A DNA stretch of 64,000 bases. Origin: a virus. The notes under the pieces are model-generated. The model was not told the origin of the DNA and did no database searches. It worked only from the letters and a program-made list of their open reading frames with translations. Location: positions 3,042 to 67,041 of IMG/VR virus record IMGVR_UViG_3300026078_000029; one strand, written 5' to 3'. How positions within the stretch are numbered: the stretch's first letter is position 1; the number at the start of each line of letters is the position of its first letter. Made by a program: the position numbers and the translations under genes. Below are positions 38,437 through 48,553 of the stretch, in pieces.

Positions 38437-39047
38437 TGATCGAAGGAGATAGTGGTGAATACGAATTTCTAACTGAAGCTGTGCGCTTATCTGCTAACAT
38501 TGATGCGCCTACGGTTGAAATTGGCGTACGATCAGGACTTGGAAGTGCTACTATGATGGATGCTATAGTTGAATATTGTCCAGGTAAAACTCACATCGGT
38601 ATCGATCCTTACGGAAGCATCTTATACGCAATGAAAGAGAACATCGAACCGTGTCGGTTGGATTATACAAACGACATGTACAAGCAATGCATGGTAGATT
38701 TGTTTACGCATATCATTGGTAAACCGGTGGAGTTTGTTCATTTTAAGATGACTGATATTGAATATTTTGAACGATTTAGTGATGACACTCCCATTTATTG
38801 CACTAACGAATATTATTACAAAATTTATTCATGTGTGCATTTTGATGGGCCGCATACTGCCGATGCTGCTCTTTCTGAAGTTCATTTTTTCCATTACCGT
38901 ACTCCATCTGGAGCAACCTTCGTATTCGATGATATTGGCGTTGAGGACTTTTTCTATACGCATTCTCGCGTACACGATTGGTTGTTAAAACATGGGTGGG
39001 AATGTTTAAAAACGGGGGTTAAGAAGGCTTTATATCAGAAAAAATGA
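38433..39047 (+). CDS. Class I SAM methyltransferase (Methyltransf_24/TylF-like)
   Basis: VEIGVRSG, GIDPY, VHFDGPH, VFDD. Confidence 0.8.
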   Translation: MMIEGDSGEYEFLTEAVRLSANIDAPTVEIGVRSGLGSATMMDAIVEYCPGKTHIGIDPYGSILYAMKENIEPCRLDYTNDMYKQCMVDLFTHIIGKPVEFVHFKMTDIEYFERFSDDTPIYCTNEYYYKIYSCVHFDGPHTADAALSEVHFFHYRTPSGATFVFDDIGVEDFFYTHSRVHDWLLKHGWECLKTGVKKALYQKK

Positions 39048-39202
39048 GAATTTTACAATTTATAGTATGGATGCTATACGGAATCACATTAGGAATGATG
39101 ATTGGCGACAGAGGTATTTGGACTGGAATTCCTGTTATTATAGGTTTAACCATATCAATAACTGCACTTATAATAAAATTAAATCCTAATGACCAACATT
39201 AA
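39044..39202 (+). CDS. 52-aa two-TM protein
   Basis: Translated by hand; ATGA-coupled. Confidence 0.5.
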   Translation: MRILQFIVWMLYGITLGMMIGDRGIWTGIPVIIGLTISITALIIKLNPNDQH

Positions 39203-39848
39203 ACTCATAACCGTATGCTCCCACCCTGAACACGCCGAAGCGCTGAGAAGAAGTGCGGAGTTGCATAATTGGGATTTCGTGTGCATTCACGTTCCTGAAT
39301 GGAAGGGGTTTGGGATGAAACTTATTGAAACATACAACTATCTAAAGGCGCATCCTGAAGTAGAACGGTTTGTTTTTTGTGATGCTTTTGATGTAGTGGT
39401 ATTTGGGACGCCGGAGGAGTTTGAGGAGAAACATATTTGGCATGACAATATGCTATTATCTTGTGAACGTGGGCTGTGGCCTCCAATATTACATCCATTT
39501 AAAGAAAGGTATATTGAGTATAAGCACAGGTTTAATTATATTAATAGTGGTTTGTATTACTCACCTTCAGGCACTTTCATTAGCTTAGTAGAGAAATACA
39601 AGCCAAGTTTCGATACAGACGATCAGTATTGGATGAATATGGTTTACCTATTTGAAGGGATGGATTTAAACATAATGGAAGATAGTTGCCAAAGAGTTTT
39701 TAACTCTCATAGTTTTATAGATGAGGGGCAGTATGGGTATGATGGGGGTCGTATTCAAATAATGAATTGCGAACCGGTGTTCGTTCACTCGAACGGAAGA
39801 TCAGTTGATCCGAAATTAGATGAATTAGTAAAGGAGATGTTGGGATGA
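39189..39848 (+). CDS. PLOD/procollagen-galactosyltransferase-like glycosyltransferase
   Basis: FVFCDAFDV, LSCE..LWP, YINSGLY, DDQYW, VHSNG motifs. Confidence 0.75.
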   Translation: MTNIKLITVCSHPEHAEALRRSAELHNWDFVCIHVPEWKGFGMKLIETYNYLKAHPEVERFVFCDAFDVVVFGTPEEFEEKHIWHDNMLLSCERGLWPPILHPFKERYIEYKHRFNYINSGLYYSPSGTFISLVEKYKPSFDTDDQYWMNMVYLFEGMDLNIMEDSCQRVFNSHSFIDEGQYGYDGGRIQIMNCEPVFVHSNGRSVDPKLDELVKEMLG

Positions 39849-40066
39849 AAACTATATTTGCTATATTTTTAGTGGTATTATTAATATCAGCACTTGATTT
39901 ACTTTTCTTTTTATTATATAAAGAAACATTCCTTATGGAAAATTCAAATAGCGTAAAAGAAAGTTTTCAAGTATGTAAGTGGGTTGTAATGCCGATGTTG
40001 ATAATACTTTTTAACTCTTTAGGAATATTCTTTGTAAAATTTATATACGATAGTAGAAACTTATGA
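39845..40066 (+). CDS. Two-TM membrane protein
   Basis: Two hydrophobic helices; coupled on both sides. Confidence 0.55.
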   Translation: MKTIFAIFLVVLLISALDLLFFLLYKETFLMENSNSVKESFQVCKWVVMPMLIILFNSLGIFFVKFIYDSRNL

Positions 40067-40758
40067 CCCTCGCCGACCTCCGCGACAACTGGCAAGACGT
40101 GCCAGCGTTCCATCAATCGATACACGAGCATTTCATGGCACTTGTTAATGCTGACCCGAAACTCGACGCCCACAGAACATATGTTGAATCAAAAGTATTC
40201 GGCATGGGTGAACGTTCATTCTGGTGGTTATGGAAGCTACTACTCGAAACACTACCCGAAAACCCAAAGCTGCTTGAGGTGGGAGTTTTTAAGGCGGCTA
40301 CCATGTCGCTCTGGAAGATGCTGCGGCCGGACGCTACCTGCTATGGCGTTACGCCACTTGACGGACGCGGCACAGGTTGGACAGAAGACGACTACTTCGC
40401 ACATATCACTAAGATACACCACGATTTTGGGTTGGATATGCCAATTCTGTATGTGGGTGGAAGCGCTGAAACTCCAATCATTGAACAAGTATATCACTCA
40501 CGTCCGTATGATATTATTTATGTGGATGGCGATCATAGCGAAGTTGGGGCTTTAGCAGACCTTAATAACTACGCAAGATGTGTAAAACAAGGCGGCTATT
40601 TAGTCATTGATGATTGTTGCTGTGACTTTCATATGCAATTCGGCTATTTCCAAGGCATACAATCAGTTCAAGACGCTTTTGACCAGTGGGATAGTTCTGA
40701 GTTTAAGTTTGTTTGCAATGTTGTTCACCTTAGAGTTTTGAGGAGGATATCAATATGA
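40063..40758 (+). CDS. Class I SAM methyltransferase (Methyltransf_24-like)
   Basis: LEVGVF, YDIIYVDGDH, GGYLVIDD. Confidence 0.8.
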   Translation: MTLADLRDNWQDVPAFHQSIHEHFMALVNADPKLDAHRTYVESKVFGMGERSFWWLWKLLLETLPENPKLLEVGVFKAATMSLWKMLRPDATCYGVTPLDGRGTGWTEDDYFAHITKIHHDFGLDMPILYVGGSAETPIIEQVYHSRPYDIIYVDGDHSEVGALADLNNYARCVKQGGYLVIDDCCCDFHMQFGYFQGIQSVQDAFDQWDSSEFKFVCNVVHLRVLRRISI

Positions 40759-40877
40759 CTTTTATAAAACAACACTGGCCTGCCATCCTCGCATCCTTAG
40801 GTTTCGTTGCACTTATTGGTGTGTCGGCGTGGTTGGTGGCAGGGCATTGGGAGTGGGTTAGGGGGACTCTTAAATGA
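40755..40877 (+). CDS. 40-aa TM peptide
   Basis: MTFIKQHWPAILASLGFVALIGVSAWLVAG...; ATGA overlaps at both ends. Confidence 0.5.
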   Translation: MTFIKQHWPAILASLGFVALIGVSAWLVAGHWEWVRGTLK

Positions 40878-41833
40878 AGCGAATCCTCTACTACAAATTC
40901 TTTGACGGCGGCTCAGAGTTCTACCGAATCAAACCTCTCGAATACATCCACGATAAAGAACTTACCCTTGTTGAGTGCCGGGACTCAACGCTAAACTTCC
41001 AATTACTTGACTCCTTTGACACTGTGTTCCTGCTCAGGCCACAGGGTCAAATCGCTATTGACTTTATCAAAACAGCTAAACGTTGGCACAAGAAGGTGAT
41101 AATAGACTGGGATGACTCCCCCCTGTCATTAGGTACGCTGAATCCGCTCTATATGCAATACGAACACGAAAAGAAATCGACCATTGACTGCATTACATTA
41201 GCAGATGATGTTTGGGTGTCTACTCCTGAAATTAAGAGCGCATTTAGGTTGTATAACAAGAACATTCACGTCATCCCAAACGCCCACGATGACCTTCTGC
41301 TGCCCGTTCGCAACAAACGCCCATTTACGTACAACAAAATAGCTACCTATCGCGGTGGAGACTCCCATTATGGCGATATGTACGACATCGGTGTACCGGA
41401 GAAAATCATCAGTATGGTAAACGGTAATAAGGATTGGCAATTCGTTTTCTTCGGACAGCGATTTCATTATTTAGAAAACAGGTGTGGGGATAACTACATT
41501 GCCTATACAGGTGGTCTGAATATGGTGGAGTATATGCAGTGGATGATGAATCAGAACGCTTGCGTAGCCTTTTACCCGCTCGCTAATACGAAGTTTAATA
41601 GGAGTAAGTCTAATATCTTCTTCTTAGAAATGGTATACTGCGGGTCAGCTGTATTTGGGAATAAAGATTTGCCGGAGTACGACAATGTACCATGCTATCA
41701 GTGGCACGAAAATATTACGAAGGTATCTGAGTCGGAGTTGAAAATGGCTAATGAACTGTCTTGGAATTACATTAAAGAAAATTTATTATTGTCTAAAGTA
41801 AACTTGTTAAGAATAGAAAGGCTGAAAGCATGA
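40874..41833 (+). CDS. GT-B fold glycosyltransferase
   Basis: FYRI.P, IIDWDD, VSTP, VIPNA, PL....FN.SKSNI..LE motifs. Confidence 0.75.
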   Translation: MKRILYYKFFDGGSEFYRIKPLEYIHDKELTLVECRDSTLNFQLLDSFDTVFLLRPQGQIAIDFIKTAKRWHKKVIIDWDDSPLSLGTLNPLYMQYEHEKKSTIDCITLADDVWVSTPEIKSAFRLYNKNIHVIPNAHDDLLLPVRNKRPFTYNKIATYRGGDSHYGDMYDIGVPEKIISMVNGNKDWQFVFFGQRFHYLENRCGDNYIAYTGGLNMVEYMQWMMNQNACVAFYPLANTKFNRSKSNIFFLEMVYCGSAVFGNKDLPEYDNVPCYQWHENITKVSESELKMANELSWNYIKENLLLSKVNLLRIERLKA

Positions 41834-42438
41834 AGTGCATCCATAATCGCATACGTGTAAAGTTTGAAACGACTCATAATAAGATTTTCGATGTAGGAGG
41901 TGTTCAGCTAATACGCCCCGATGACTGGCGCGACACATATGATGAAAAGTCACAGGAGAACGTAAATTATCTCGAAACGAAACCACAGATTTGTACAGTG
42001 CTGGCGACTAATGACAAGTACCCGTATAAGGTAGGTGACAGGCTATTCGTCCATTACATGGCGCACGAGACGGCCAGCTGCGGCGACATCTTGACTAACG
42101 AAGCCTTCATCATAGCCGACTACGTCTTTTTTACCTTCCGGACTGACGAAGAATGGGAACTTGTGCCAGGAACGTACTTGGGCAAGCAGGTTTATACGCC
42201 TGAACAGGCCACAAAATCGGGTCTTATCTACGAATTGGGCGGCAAAAAAGAGAACTTGCAGGTACAGATTACACATGTACCGCCCGATGCTGAAGAAATT
42301 TCAATTGGGGATACGGTATTGTCCATAGATAAGTACAACTATGAGTTCACCATCTACCCCGACAGATACATCCGACTCACCAAAGAAGAAATTGTAGGAA
42401 AAGTTATCCATGCCGAAAAAGAAGAAGCTATCGCATGA
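41830..42438 (+). CDS. Tandem GroES-like co-chaperonin
   Basis: Two GroES-like halves (KVGDRLFVH; TKSGLIY...IGDTVL). Confidence 0.6.
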   Translation: MKCIHNRIRVKFETTHNKIFDVGGVQLIRPDDWRDTYDEKSQENVNYLETKPQICTVLATNDKYPYKVGDRLFVHYMAHETASCGDILTNEAFIIADYVFFTFRTDEEWELVPGTYLGKQVYTPEQATKSGLIYELGGKKENLQVQITHVPPDAEEISIGDTVLSIDKYNYEFTIYPDRYIRLTKEEIVGKVIHAEKEEAIA

Positions 42439-42949
42439 AGTTATAGCCGAACTGAGGGCAAAGATTAAGTCAATGAACTTAAATCTTCACCGGATTCGCA
42501 AGCAGTACTACATGTACGGTTACAATAAGTGTGTAAAAGAGTTAGGCAAGCCTATTAAGCCGCCAAAAATTAAGAAAGTTAAGGTAGTTAAGAAGGTTAC
42601 AAAAGAAGTAACCGTTCCAATACAGCGCGGACGAGGCGAATTTGCCGACATGGTGTCTGATACCATAGTTGTAAGCAGGTTTTGCGCAGAAAGCGGCATT
42701 CATATCACCATCTTCCCCATTTTATTAGCTATTCTAACCCTCGAGACCCCAACTTTGCCTAAATTAAAGCAATTTGGGTGGGATTATAGTGTTTTGAGAT
42801 ACCGAATGCAGTACTTGGAGCAAGAGGGATGGGTGGAAGTGTTCAGGAACAGTACCAAAGCAATGACAATCGTGCCAAGTTTGAAAGGTCAGAAGTTATT
42901 TAGTAGCTTTAAGGAATATTATGGAAACAGCAAGCGCAAACCTGATTGA
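42410..42949 (+). CDS. Winged-helix DNA-binding protein
   Basis: LEQEGWVE...PSLKGQ MarR-like wing; basic N-terminus. Confidence 0.45.
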   Translation: MPKKKKLSHEVIAELRAKIKSMNLNLHRIRKQYYMYGYNKCVKELGKPIKPPKIKKVKVVKKVTKEVTVPIQRGRGEFADMVSDTIVVSRFCAESGIHITIFPILLAILTLETPTLPKLKQFGWDYSVLRYRMQYLEQEGWVEVFRNSTKAMTIVPSLKGQKLFSSFKEYYGNSKRKPD

Positions 42950-43187
42950 AGAACTGAATAAGATTTTCGAGATATATACCAACGAGCTGAAGGCGTGGCG
43001 TGAGGGGAAAGGGAAAGGGACGTATCTTCTCGACGAGGATATGTTCGATGTTGTTATCAAACTACTGGACAAGTCTGATAAGATTAAGAAGTTGAATCAG
43101 ACGGATGAGGGCGAGAGCGGGGGGAAAGCGGAAGGGGCTAAGGTTCGTAATATTCAGGACATCATACTAAATGGTACTAAGAAATGA
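42921..43187 (+). CDS. Putative terminase small subunit
   Basis: Small helical ORF coupled directly upstream of TerL. Confidence 0.45.
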   Translation: METASANLIEELNKIFEIYTNELKAWREGKGKGTYLLDEDMFDVVIKLLDKSDKIKKLNQTDEGESGGKAEGAKVRNIQDIILNGTKK

Positions 43188-45268
43188 CGGTTCAGGAGAT
43201 TAAAGATGCTATTGGGCGGTTTGAGAGGGAGAGACTCATTGGTGAAATAACAGTAATCCAACCTGAACCGCCGAAGGATTACAAGACTATTGCCAATTGG
43301 AACTTACCTGCTAAGGAACAGTTTTTTACTTACACGGTACAGCCAGACCGTAACCGTGATCCATCGCAAGAGTTTTTAGTTACCGAAGCACTCCGGTTCA
43401 AGTATGGATATTGGCTATTCATCAATGGTGAACTATATTGGTTCACACCTTTCTACTATTTTTTTCTGAACTACTGGACTGACAAAGGCAAGCGGATGAG
43501 GTTTGTTGATAGTCAGTTACACGCCTCTCTATGGTTTTGGCAGATAGAGCAGATGGATAATATGGCTGGCGGTAATCTCATCACTAACCGGCGTTTTGGT
43601 AAAACGGTCTGGTCTACCGGATTGGCTTATTTCCGAACAATGACTAATCCATTCCATCGTTGCGGTATACAATCAAAGACGAATGCCGACGGCAAATTGG
43701 TTTTCAGTAAGCTGATAAAATCATGGCAGAAATTACCCAATTGGTTAAAGCCTATTGATAGTGGCGAAACGCGCCCTGCTACTGTGTTAGAGTTTAGTGA
43801 GCCTCGTACGCGCAGCACAAATAAGGAAAAGAAAGTATACGGGGAGGTATTGGATAGCTCAATTGACTTTAGGGCATCCGAGGAAGATGGATATGACGGG
43901 GATGAATTGCACACTTACTTTGAGGATGAATTTGGGAAATGTATATCGTCCAATACCGATACAAGATGGGGCGTTGTGCAATTCTGTTTGGTTATAGGCG
44001 CTAATATCGTAGGTAAAGCTATACGTACTACCACTGTAGAGGAAATGGAGCGCCGGGGCGGTAAAAACGCCAAGAAAACATGGGACGATAGTATGATTTC
44101 AACCCTTAATCCTGAGACAAATCGTACCAATTCTATGTTAACCAACCTGTTCATCCCCGCAGATTTCGGATTTTCAGGGCATCACCCAATAACAAAACAG
44201 CCTTTTGTTGATGAGTACGGTATATCTAATAGGGATTTGGCGCGAGAATACATTCTCTCTACTTGGGCTAACCTTAAAGATGAAAAGCTAAAGGCCGCGC
44301 AGCGTAAAAATCCCCTTACCCTCAAACACGCTTTTCAAGTATCCGAAAACTCCGGTACGTTCGACCAAGAGATATACGACTATTTGGAACAACAGAAAGA
44401 ATATTTGGACGGCACAAGCCTGACAGGCGAGAAAGCGCCCAAAAATTTGCGCCGCACAGTTACCTTCTACCGCGACATAGATGGATTGGCAAAGTGGCGA
44501 GACGACCCGCAAGGGCATGCCTCATTCATTTGGGATTTCCCAAAGCCAACCATGTCCAATGCCCGTAAGCCGGGCGAACTAAACCAGTGGCGACCGCTCA
44601 ACTGTGAGGAGTTTGTTGGGGGATGTGACCCATTCGCTGCTACGATTGTGTCTGGACCAGGCTCTATGGGTGTGCTGTACATTTTCCGTAAGGGCAACGC
44701 TGATGACTACGAAAATTCGGGTCTACCCATTCTACGTTACGCCCAACGTACACGGCGCGTAGAAGACTTCCATAAAAACGTTATGATTATCCTGCAATAC
44801 TTTGGGTGCAAGGTAAACTATGAATCGGATGTACCGGACTATTACGAAACATTTGTTCGAGAGTTGTTTCGCAACTATGTCATGTGGACGCCTCGGGTAG
44901 CAATTGATCCTACCAAACGAAACCATACGCCCCGTCCGGGAACATTATCAAAAGACCCCTACGCTTTTCAGAAGCAATTTCAGGTATTGGTTTCCTACTT
45001 GTACGCAAGATGGCACAAAATATACTTTATTGAACTGATTGACCAATTAATTGATTTCGATGTGAACGACCGCACCAAGTCAGATGAGGTGATCGCTTTC
45101 TCTATGGCGCTGTTAGGTGGATGGGAGACGGGAGAGCAGCCTAAGAAAGATACGCGGACACCACAGTTTTTGAAGTTTAAGAATAATCAGAAGCGGCAGG
45201 ATGCTAATGGAGGGTATATTGATTTATCGAAATATCATGAGCCTATTAGTGATAAAATACCGTTTTAG
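43184..45268 (+). CDS. terL: Terminase large subunit
   Basis: NRRFGKT Walker A, YDG...EDEFGK Walker B, GCDPF nuclease Asp, terminal DE..A. Confidence 0.9.
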   Translation: MTVQEIKDAIGRFERERLIGEITVIQPEPPKDYKTIANWNLPAKEQFFTYTVQPDRNRDPSQEFLVTEALRFKYGYWLFINGELYWFTPFYYFFLNYWTDKGKRMRFVDSQLHASLWFWQIEQMDNMAGGNLITNRRFGKTVWSTGLAYFRTMTNPFHRCGIQSKTNADGKLVFSKLIKSWQKLPNWLKPIDSGETRPATVLEFSEPRTRSTNKEKKVYGEVLDSSIDFRASEEDGYDGDELHTYFEDEFGKCISSNTDTRWGVVQFCLVIGANIVGKAIRTTTVEEMERRGGKNAKKTWDDSMISTLNPETNRTNSMLTNLFIPADFGFSGHHPITKQPFVDEYGISNRDLAREYILSTWANLKDEKLKAAQRKNPLTLKHAFQVSENSGTFDQEIYDYLEQQKEYLDGTSLTGEKAPKNLRRTVTFYRDIDGLAKWRDDPQGHASFIWDFPKPTMSNARKPGELNQWRPLNCEEFVGGCDPFAATIVSGPGSMGVLYIFRKGNADDYENSGLPILRYAQRTRRVEDFHKNVMIILQYFGCKVNYESDVPDYYETFVRELFRNYVMWTPRVAIDPTKRNHTPRPGTLSKDPYAFQKQFQVLVSYLYARWHKIYFIELIDQLIDFDVNDRTKSDEVIAFSMALLGGWETGEQPKKDTRTPQFLKFKNNQKRQDANGGYIDLSKYHEPISDKIPF

Positions 45269-45277
45269 TTTATTCAT

Positions 45278-45285
45278 TATATTTG
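45278..45285 (+). promoter_or_regulatory. Bacteroidota -7 promoter box 4 nt before portal ATG
   Basis: TATATTTG-AAAC-ATG. Confidence 0.6.
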
Positions 45286-45289
45286 AAAC

Positions 45290-47806
45290 ATGAATGAAGT
45301 ATCAGCCGCAATCAACCCGCTTTTAACAGACGAAGATAAAAACAATGAGGCTTATGGGTTAAAAATGATGAAAGCGGCTGCCGCACAATGGCAGACAGGC
45401 TATTTAGGTACGTCGAGACTCCAACGTAAACAACGCTTTGACTACAACCGTTCCTATGCGTTGGGCAAGTACAATATGGATGAATTTAAAGACATTCTTG
45501 ACCTTGACGGCGAGTTTTCGGTACTTAACCTGCCTTACGATTGTTTGAACATCCTTAAACCTTATCTTAATAGACTCAAAGATCGTTACAACCAGCGCGA
45601 CGAACTTATTCAGTGCTATGCCACCGACCCTTTTACCTCATCCAAGAAAGACCAAGCAAAACAAGCGGCTATATTCAAGCTAAAACACAAAGACGATATA
45701 CAAGCCGTTCAGCAGCAATCAGGCATACAGACTGAGGAGTTTAGTGAGAATGACCCTGAAACCGAAGCTGACATCAATATGGAGTTTGGCTTCAGCTACA
45801 AGGAACGCGAAGAAGTTATCATGGAAAACTTAATCAACATCGTTTTCTATGAAAATGGCTTTACCGATGTGGTGAAGGATAGGCTGTTGGATGACCTGAT
45901 CAATTGCGGAATAGCAGGCACTAAGACCTATGTTGATGGAACGGGGCGAATAAAGATACGATGCATCAAACCCGAAAACCTTATCACTTCTTACAGTGAA
46001 TGGAATGACTTTAGAGATTGGCAGTACTTGGGCGAGATATACTATCTGTCCATCATGGAAATTCGCCTACTTTACCCCGGAAAGGTAGACGAGCAGGAGT
46101 TGTATAACCTTTCTCAAACATTAGTCGGGCAATACGGAAACCCTGCTATGTGGGGCTTTACCTGGACGCCACTTTACTATACTTCTATAGCGCGTCCTTA
46201 CGATGCTTGGCGTGTACCAGTTGTCGAGATCGATTTCAAGACGCTGTACAATATGAAAAAGTCAGTTGTCACCAATAAGTTTGGCCGCGAGTCGATTGTG
46301 GATGAAGTCACCAACCCGAATGCCGACGTGAGCGAGCTTGACTCAAACCCCTACTACGTGTCATACACTGGTGTTTATATCATGGACACCAACCATGTTT
46401 TGCGATGGGGGCTATCCAAGAATATGGTGAAACCTGAAAAGAACTTGGAAGAAATCATTTCGCAGTATTGTGTATATATGTACGACAATACGGAAATGTC
46501 CAATAAGCCTTTGATGGAACAGCTCATACCTTCTGTTAAGAAGATGACGCTGTATGAACTGCAACAATTGAAGATTGTAGCCGCCGCAGCGCCGGATGGG
46601 TACGATATAGACGTTGCTTTGATGTCGGATATATCTTTGGACGGCGGTAATACCACAATGTCACCACAGGGTTTATATGAGGTCTATAAGCAAACAGGTA
46701 TACGTTATTATAAATCGATACCAGATGAAGGTATTGAAGGCGGTCAGCGTCGCGTACCTGTACAGGCAAACCAAGTACCGTTTAGCCCCAAACTGGAGGC
46801 ATTGCAGCAATTGAAGCAAAATGAGTTGTTGGTTATTACAAACATTATTTCCAATGAACTCGACAGTGGCAACATACGCAACCAGGCTGTGGGACAGAAG
46901 GTATTGCAAGAAGCTAAACAGACAGGCGAGTCAACCAGCAACTACATCTACAACTCATTCCTAAATGTCTTGCAACGAACGAGCAAAGTTGTTCAGCTTC
47001 GTGGATGGGACATACTCATGTATGGGAAGAAATGGGGGGTACAATTCTATGACGGATACAGACAGGCGTTAGGAACAGGTAAGGTTGAATACCTGAAAAT
47101 GGAAGCGACGCCGGATTGGGGGCAAACCGCCTTTGATATTCAGATAAAAACCATTATTGGCGACACCGAACAGGTTGCTTTGGAAAATAACATTCAGGCA
47201 GCGTTGGCAAATGATAAGATTGAGTTTTCCGATGCCTTGGACATACGGGAATTGGCAGTAACTAATGTGAAGTGGGCATCTTATGTGATGTCGCAGCGGA
47301 TTAATAAGCGGCAGAAGACGCTACAGGAAAACCAGATGGCGCTCAGTCAGCAGAATACGCAGGCAGCAGTTGCAGGCGCACAGGCTAAGACGCAGGGTGA
47401 ATTACAGTTATCGCAGTTTACGGCAGAACAGAAGGCGGCGGCTGATTTGAGGGAGAGGGAGACGCAAATGCTCGTCGAGCAGGAAAAGTTTGCTGGTATA
47501 CTTAAGGCGAACATAGCTCAGTCGGTGCTGCAAGCAGGTGGAAAGATAACCGATATACCAACGTTTGTTTTTGAAGGTTTACCATTGCAGAAAGCACTTG
47601 ACCACGCCAACGCAATGAACTATTTACAAACGATGGCACAAGCGGCAGGTGTGCAGCAACAGCGGGCAGACGCTCAGCAAGCGCAGCAGGAACAACCAGA
47701 ATCAATGACTGTTCAGATGCCAGACGGAACTCGTGGGCAAATACCTAAACATAGGTATGATGAGTTTGCTCAAAAATATCCAGATCATCAGGTAGAAGCA
47801 GCATAA
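45290..47806 (+). CDS. Portal protein
   Basis: Follows TerL; 838 aa; DLINCGIAGTK, Y.GEI...SI.E motifs, Gln-rich barrel tail. Confidence 0.85.
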   Translation: MNEVSAAINPLLTDEDKNNEAYGLKMMKAAAAQWQTGYLGTSRLQRKQRFDYNRSYALGKYNMDEFKDILDLDGEFSVLNLPYDCLNILKPYLNRLKDRYNQRDELIQCYATDPFTSSKKDQAKQAAIFKLKHKDDIQAVQQQSGIQTEEFSENDPETEADINMEFGFSYKEREEVIMENLINIVFYENGFTDVVKDRLLDDLINCGIAGTKTYVDGTGRIKIRCIKPENLITSYSEWNDFRDWQYLGEIYYLSIMEIRLLYPGKVDEQELYNLSQTLVGQYGNPAMWGFTWTPLYYTSIARPYDAWRVPVVEIDFKTLYNMKKSVVTNKFGRESIVDEVTNPNADVSELDSNPYYVSYTGVYIMDTNHVLRWGLSKNMVKPEKNLEEIISQYCVYMYDNTEMSNKPLMEQLIPSVKKMTLYELQQLKIVAAAAPDGYDIDVALMSDISLDGGNTTMSPQGLYEVYKQTGIRYYKSIPDEGIEGGQRRVPVQANQVPFSPKLEALQQLKQNELLVITNIISNELDSGNIRNQAVGQKVLQEAKQTGESTSNYIYNSFLNVLQRTSKVVQLRGWDILMYGKKWGVQFYDGYRQALGTGKVEYLKMEATPDWGQTAFDIQIKTIIGDTEQVALENNIQAALANDKIEFSDALDIRELAVTNVKWASYVMSQRINKRQKTLQENQMALSQQNTQAAVAGAQAKTQGELQLSQFTAEQKAAADLRERETQMLVEQEKFAGILKANIAQSVLQAGGKITDIPTFVFEGLPLQKALDHANAMNYLQTMAQAAGVQQQRADAQQAQQEQPESMTVQMPDGTRGQIPKHRYDEFAQKYPDHQVEAA

Positions 47807-47886
47807 TTACAGATTCCCGTAAAATAATGTAAAAAGTTTATTTTATACTTGTATCGGCAATTCAGCCAAATTAAAAAAATACTAAA

Positions 47887-48342
47887 ATGCAAGAAAATGT
47901 AAAAGTATTTACACCGGAGGTATTAGTAAATATTTTCGGTAATGTAAAGATCAAGGGCGATTTTACCTACAAACTCCATGTTGGGCACATTAATAGTCGC
48001 GAACTATCTGAACTGGTAAATGTAAATAAGGAATATGGAATGGATTTTCATATTAGTCGTTCGGGGAAGGGGTTAATTATTTACTGTCCAACAATTATAG
48101 CATCGGAAGAATTATCTCAAACCACAGAACCAATCACAAACAAAAAAAGAACTATTCGCGACTTCTTTGAGTTAGATTTACCCAACCAGGAAGCGAGAAT
48201 GGCGGCCTTTGAGAATACAGCAAAGGTAAGATTGGATTTGGAAGTTAATAGTTTATCAGAAGCAATCTTACAATCTTTTTATATTAGCGACACTAAGCAA
48301 GGTGCTGAATATTGGCAGGATATAATGGTCAATGCGATATGA
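47887..48342 (+). CDS. Hypothetical (moron-like) protein
   Basis: Low-GC ORF between portal and scaffold. Confidence 0.5.
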   Translation: MQENVKVFTPEVLVNIFGNVKIKGDFTYKLHVGHINSRELSELVNVNKEYGMDFHISRSGKGLIIYCPTIIASEELSQTTEPITNKKRTIRDFFELDLPNQEARMAAFENTAKVRLDLEVNSLSEAILQSFYISDTKQGAEYWQDIMVNAI

Positions 48343-48553
48343 AAAGGCAACCAAAAACGGTATTTGATAAAATATGCGAAAAGTATGGACTAAAATACCC
48401 ATGCGCATCAATTATTAAAGCGTTATCTGCTGCTTATCGGTTAGGGAAACGCGAAAGCCACTTAAAATAAACTTCCCAAACATTTTTTTCAAGTGAATAA
48501 ATCAAGCCATACAGTTGTGAAATTGAATGGCTTTTTTGTTTTATATTTGATTT

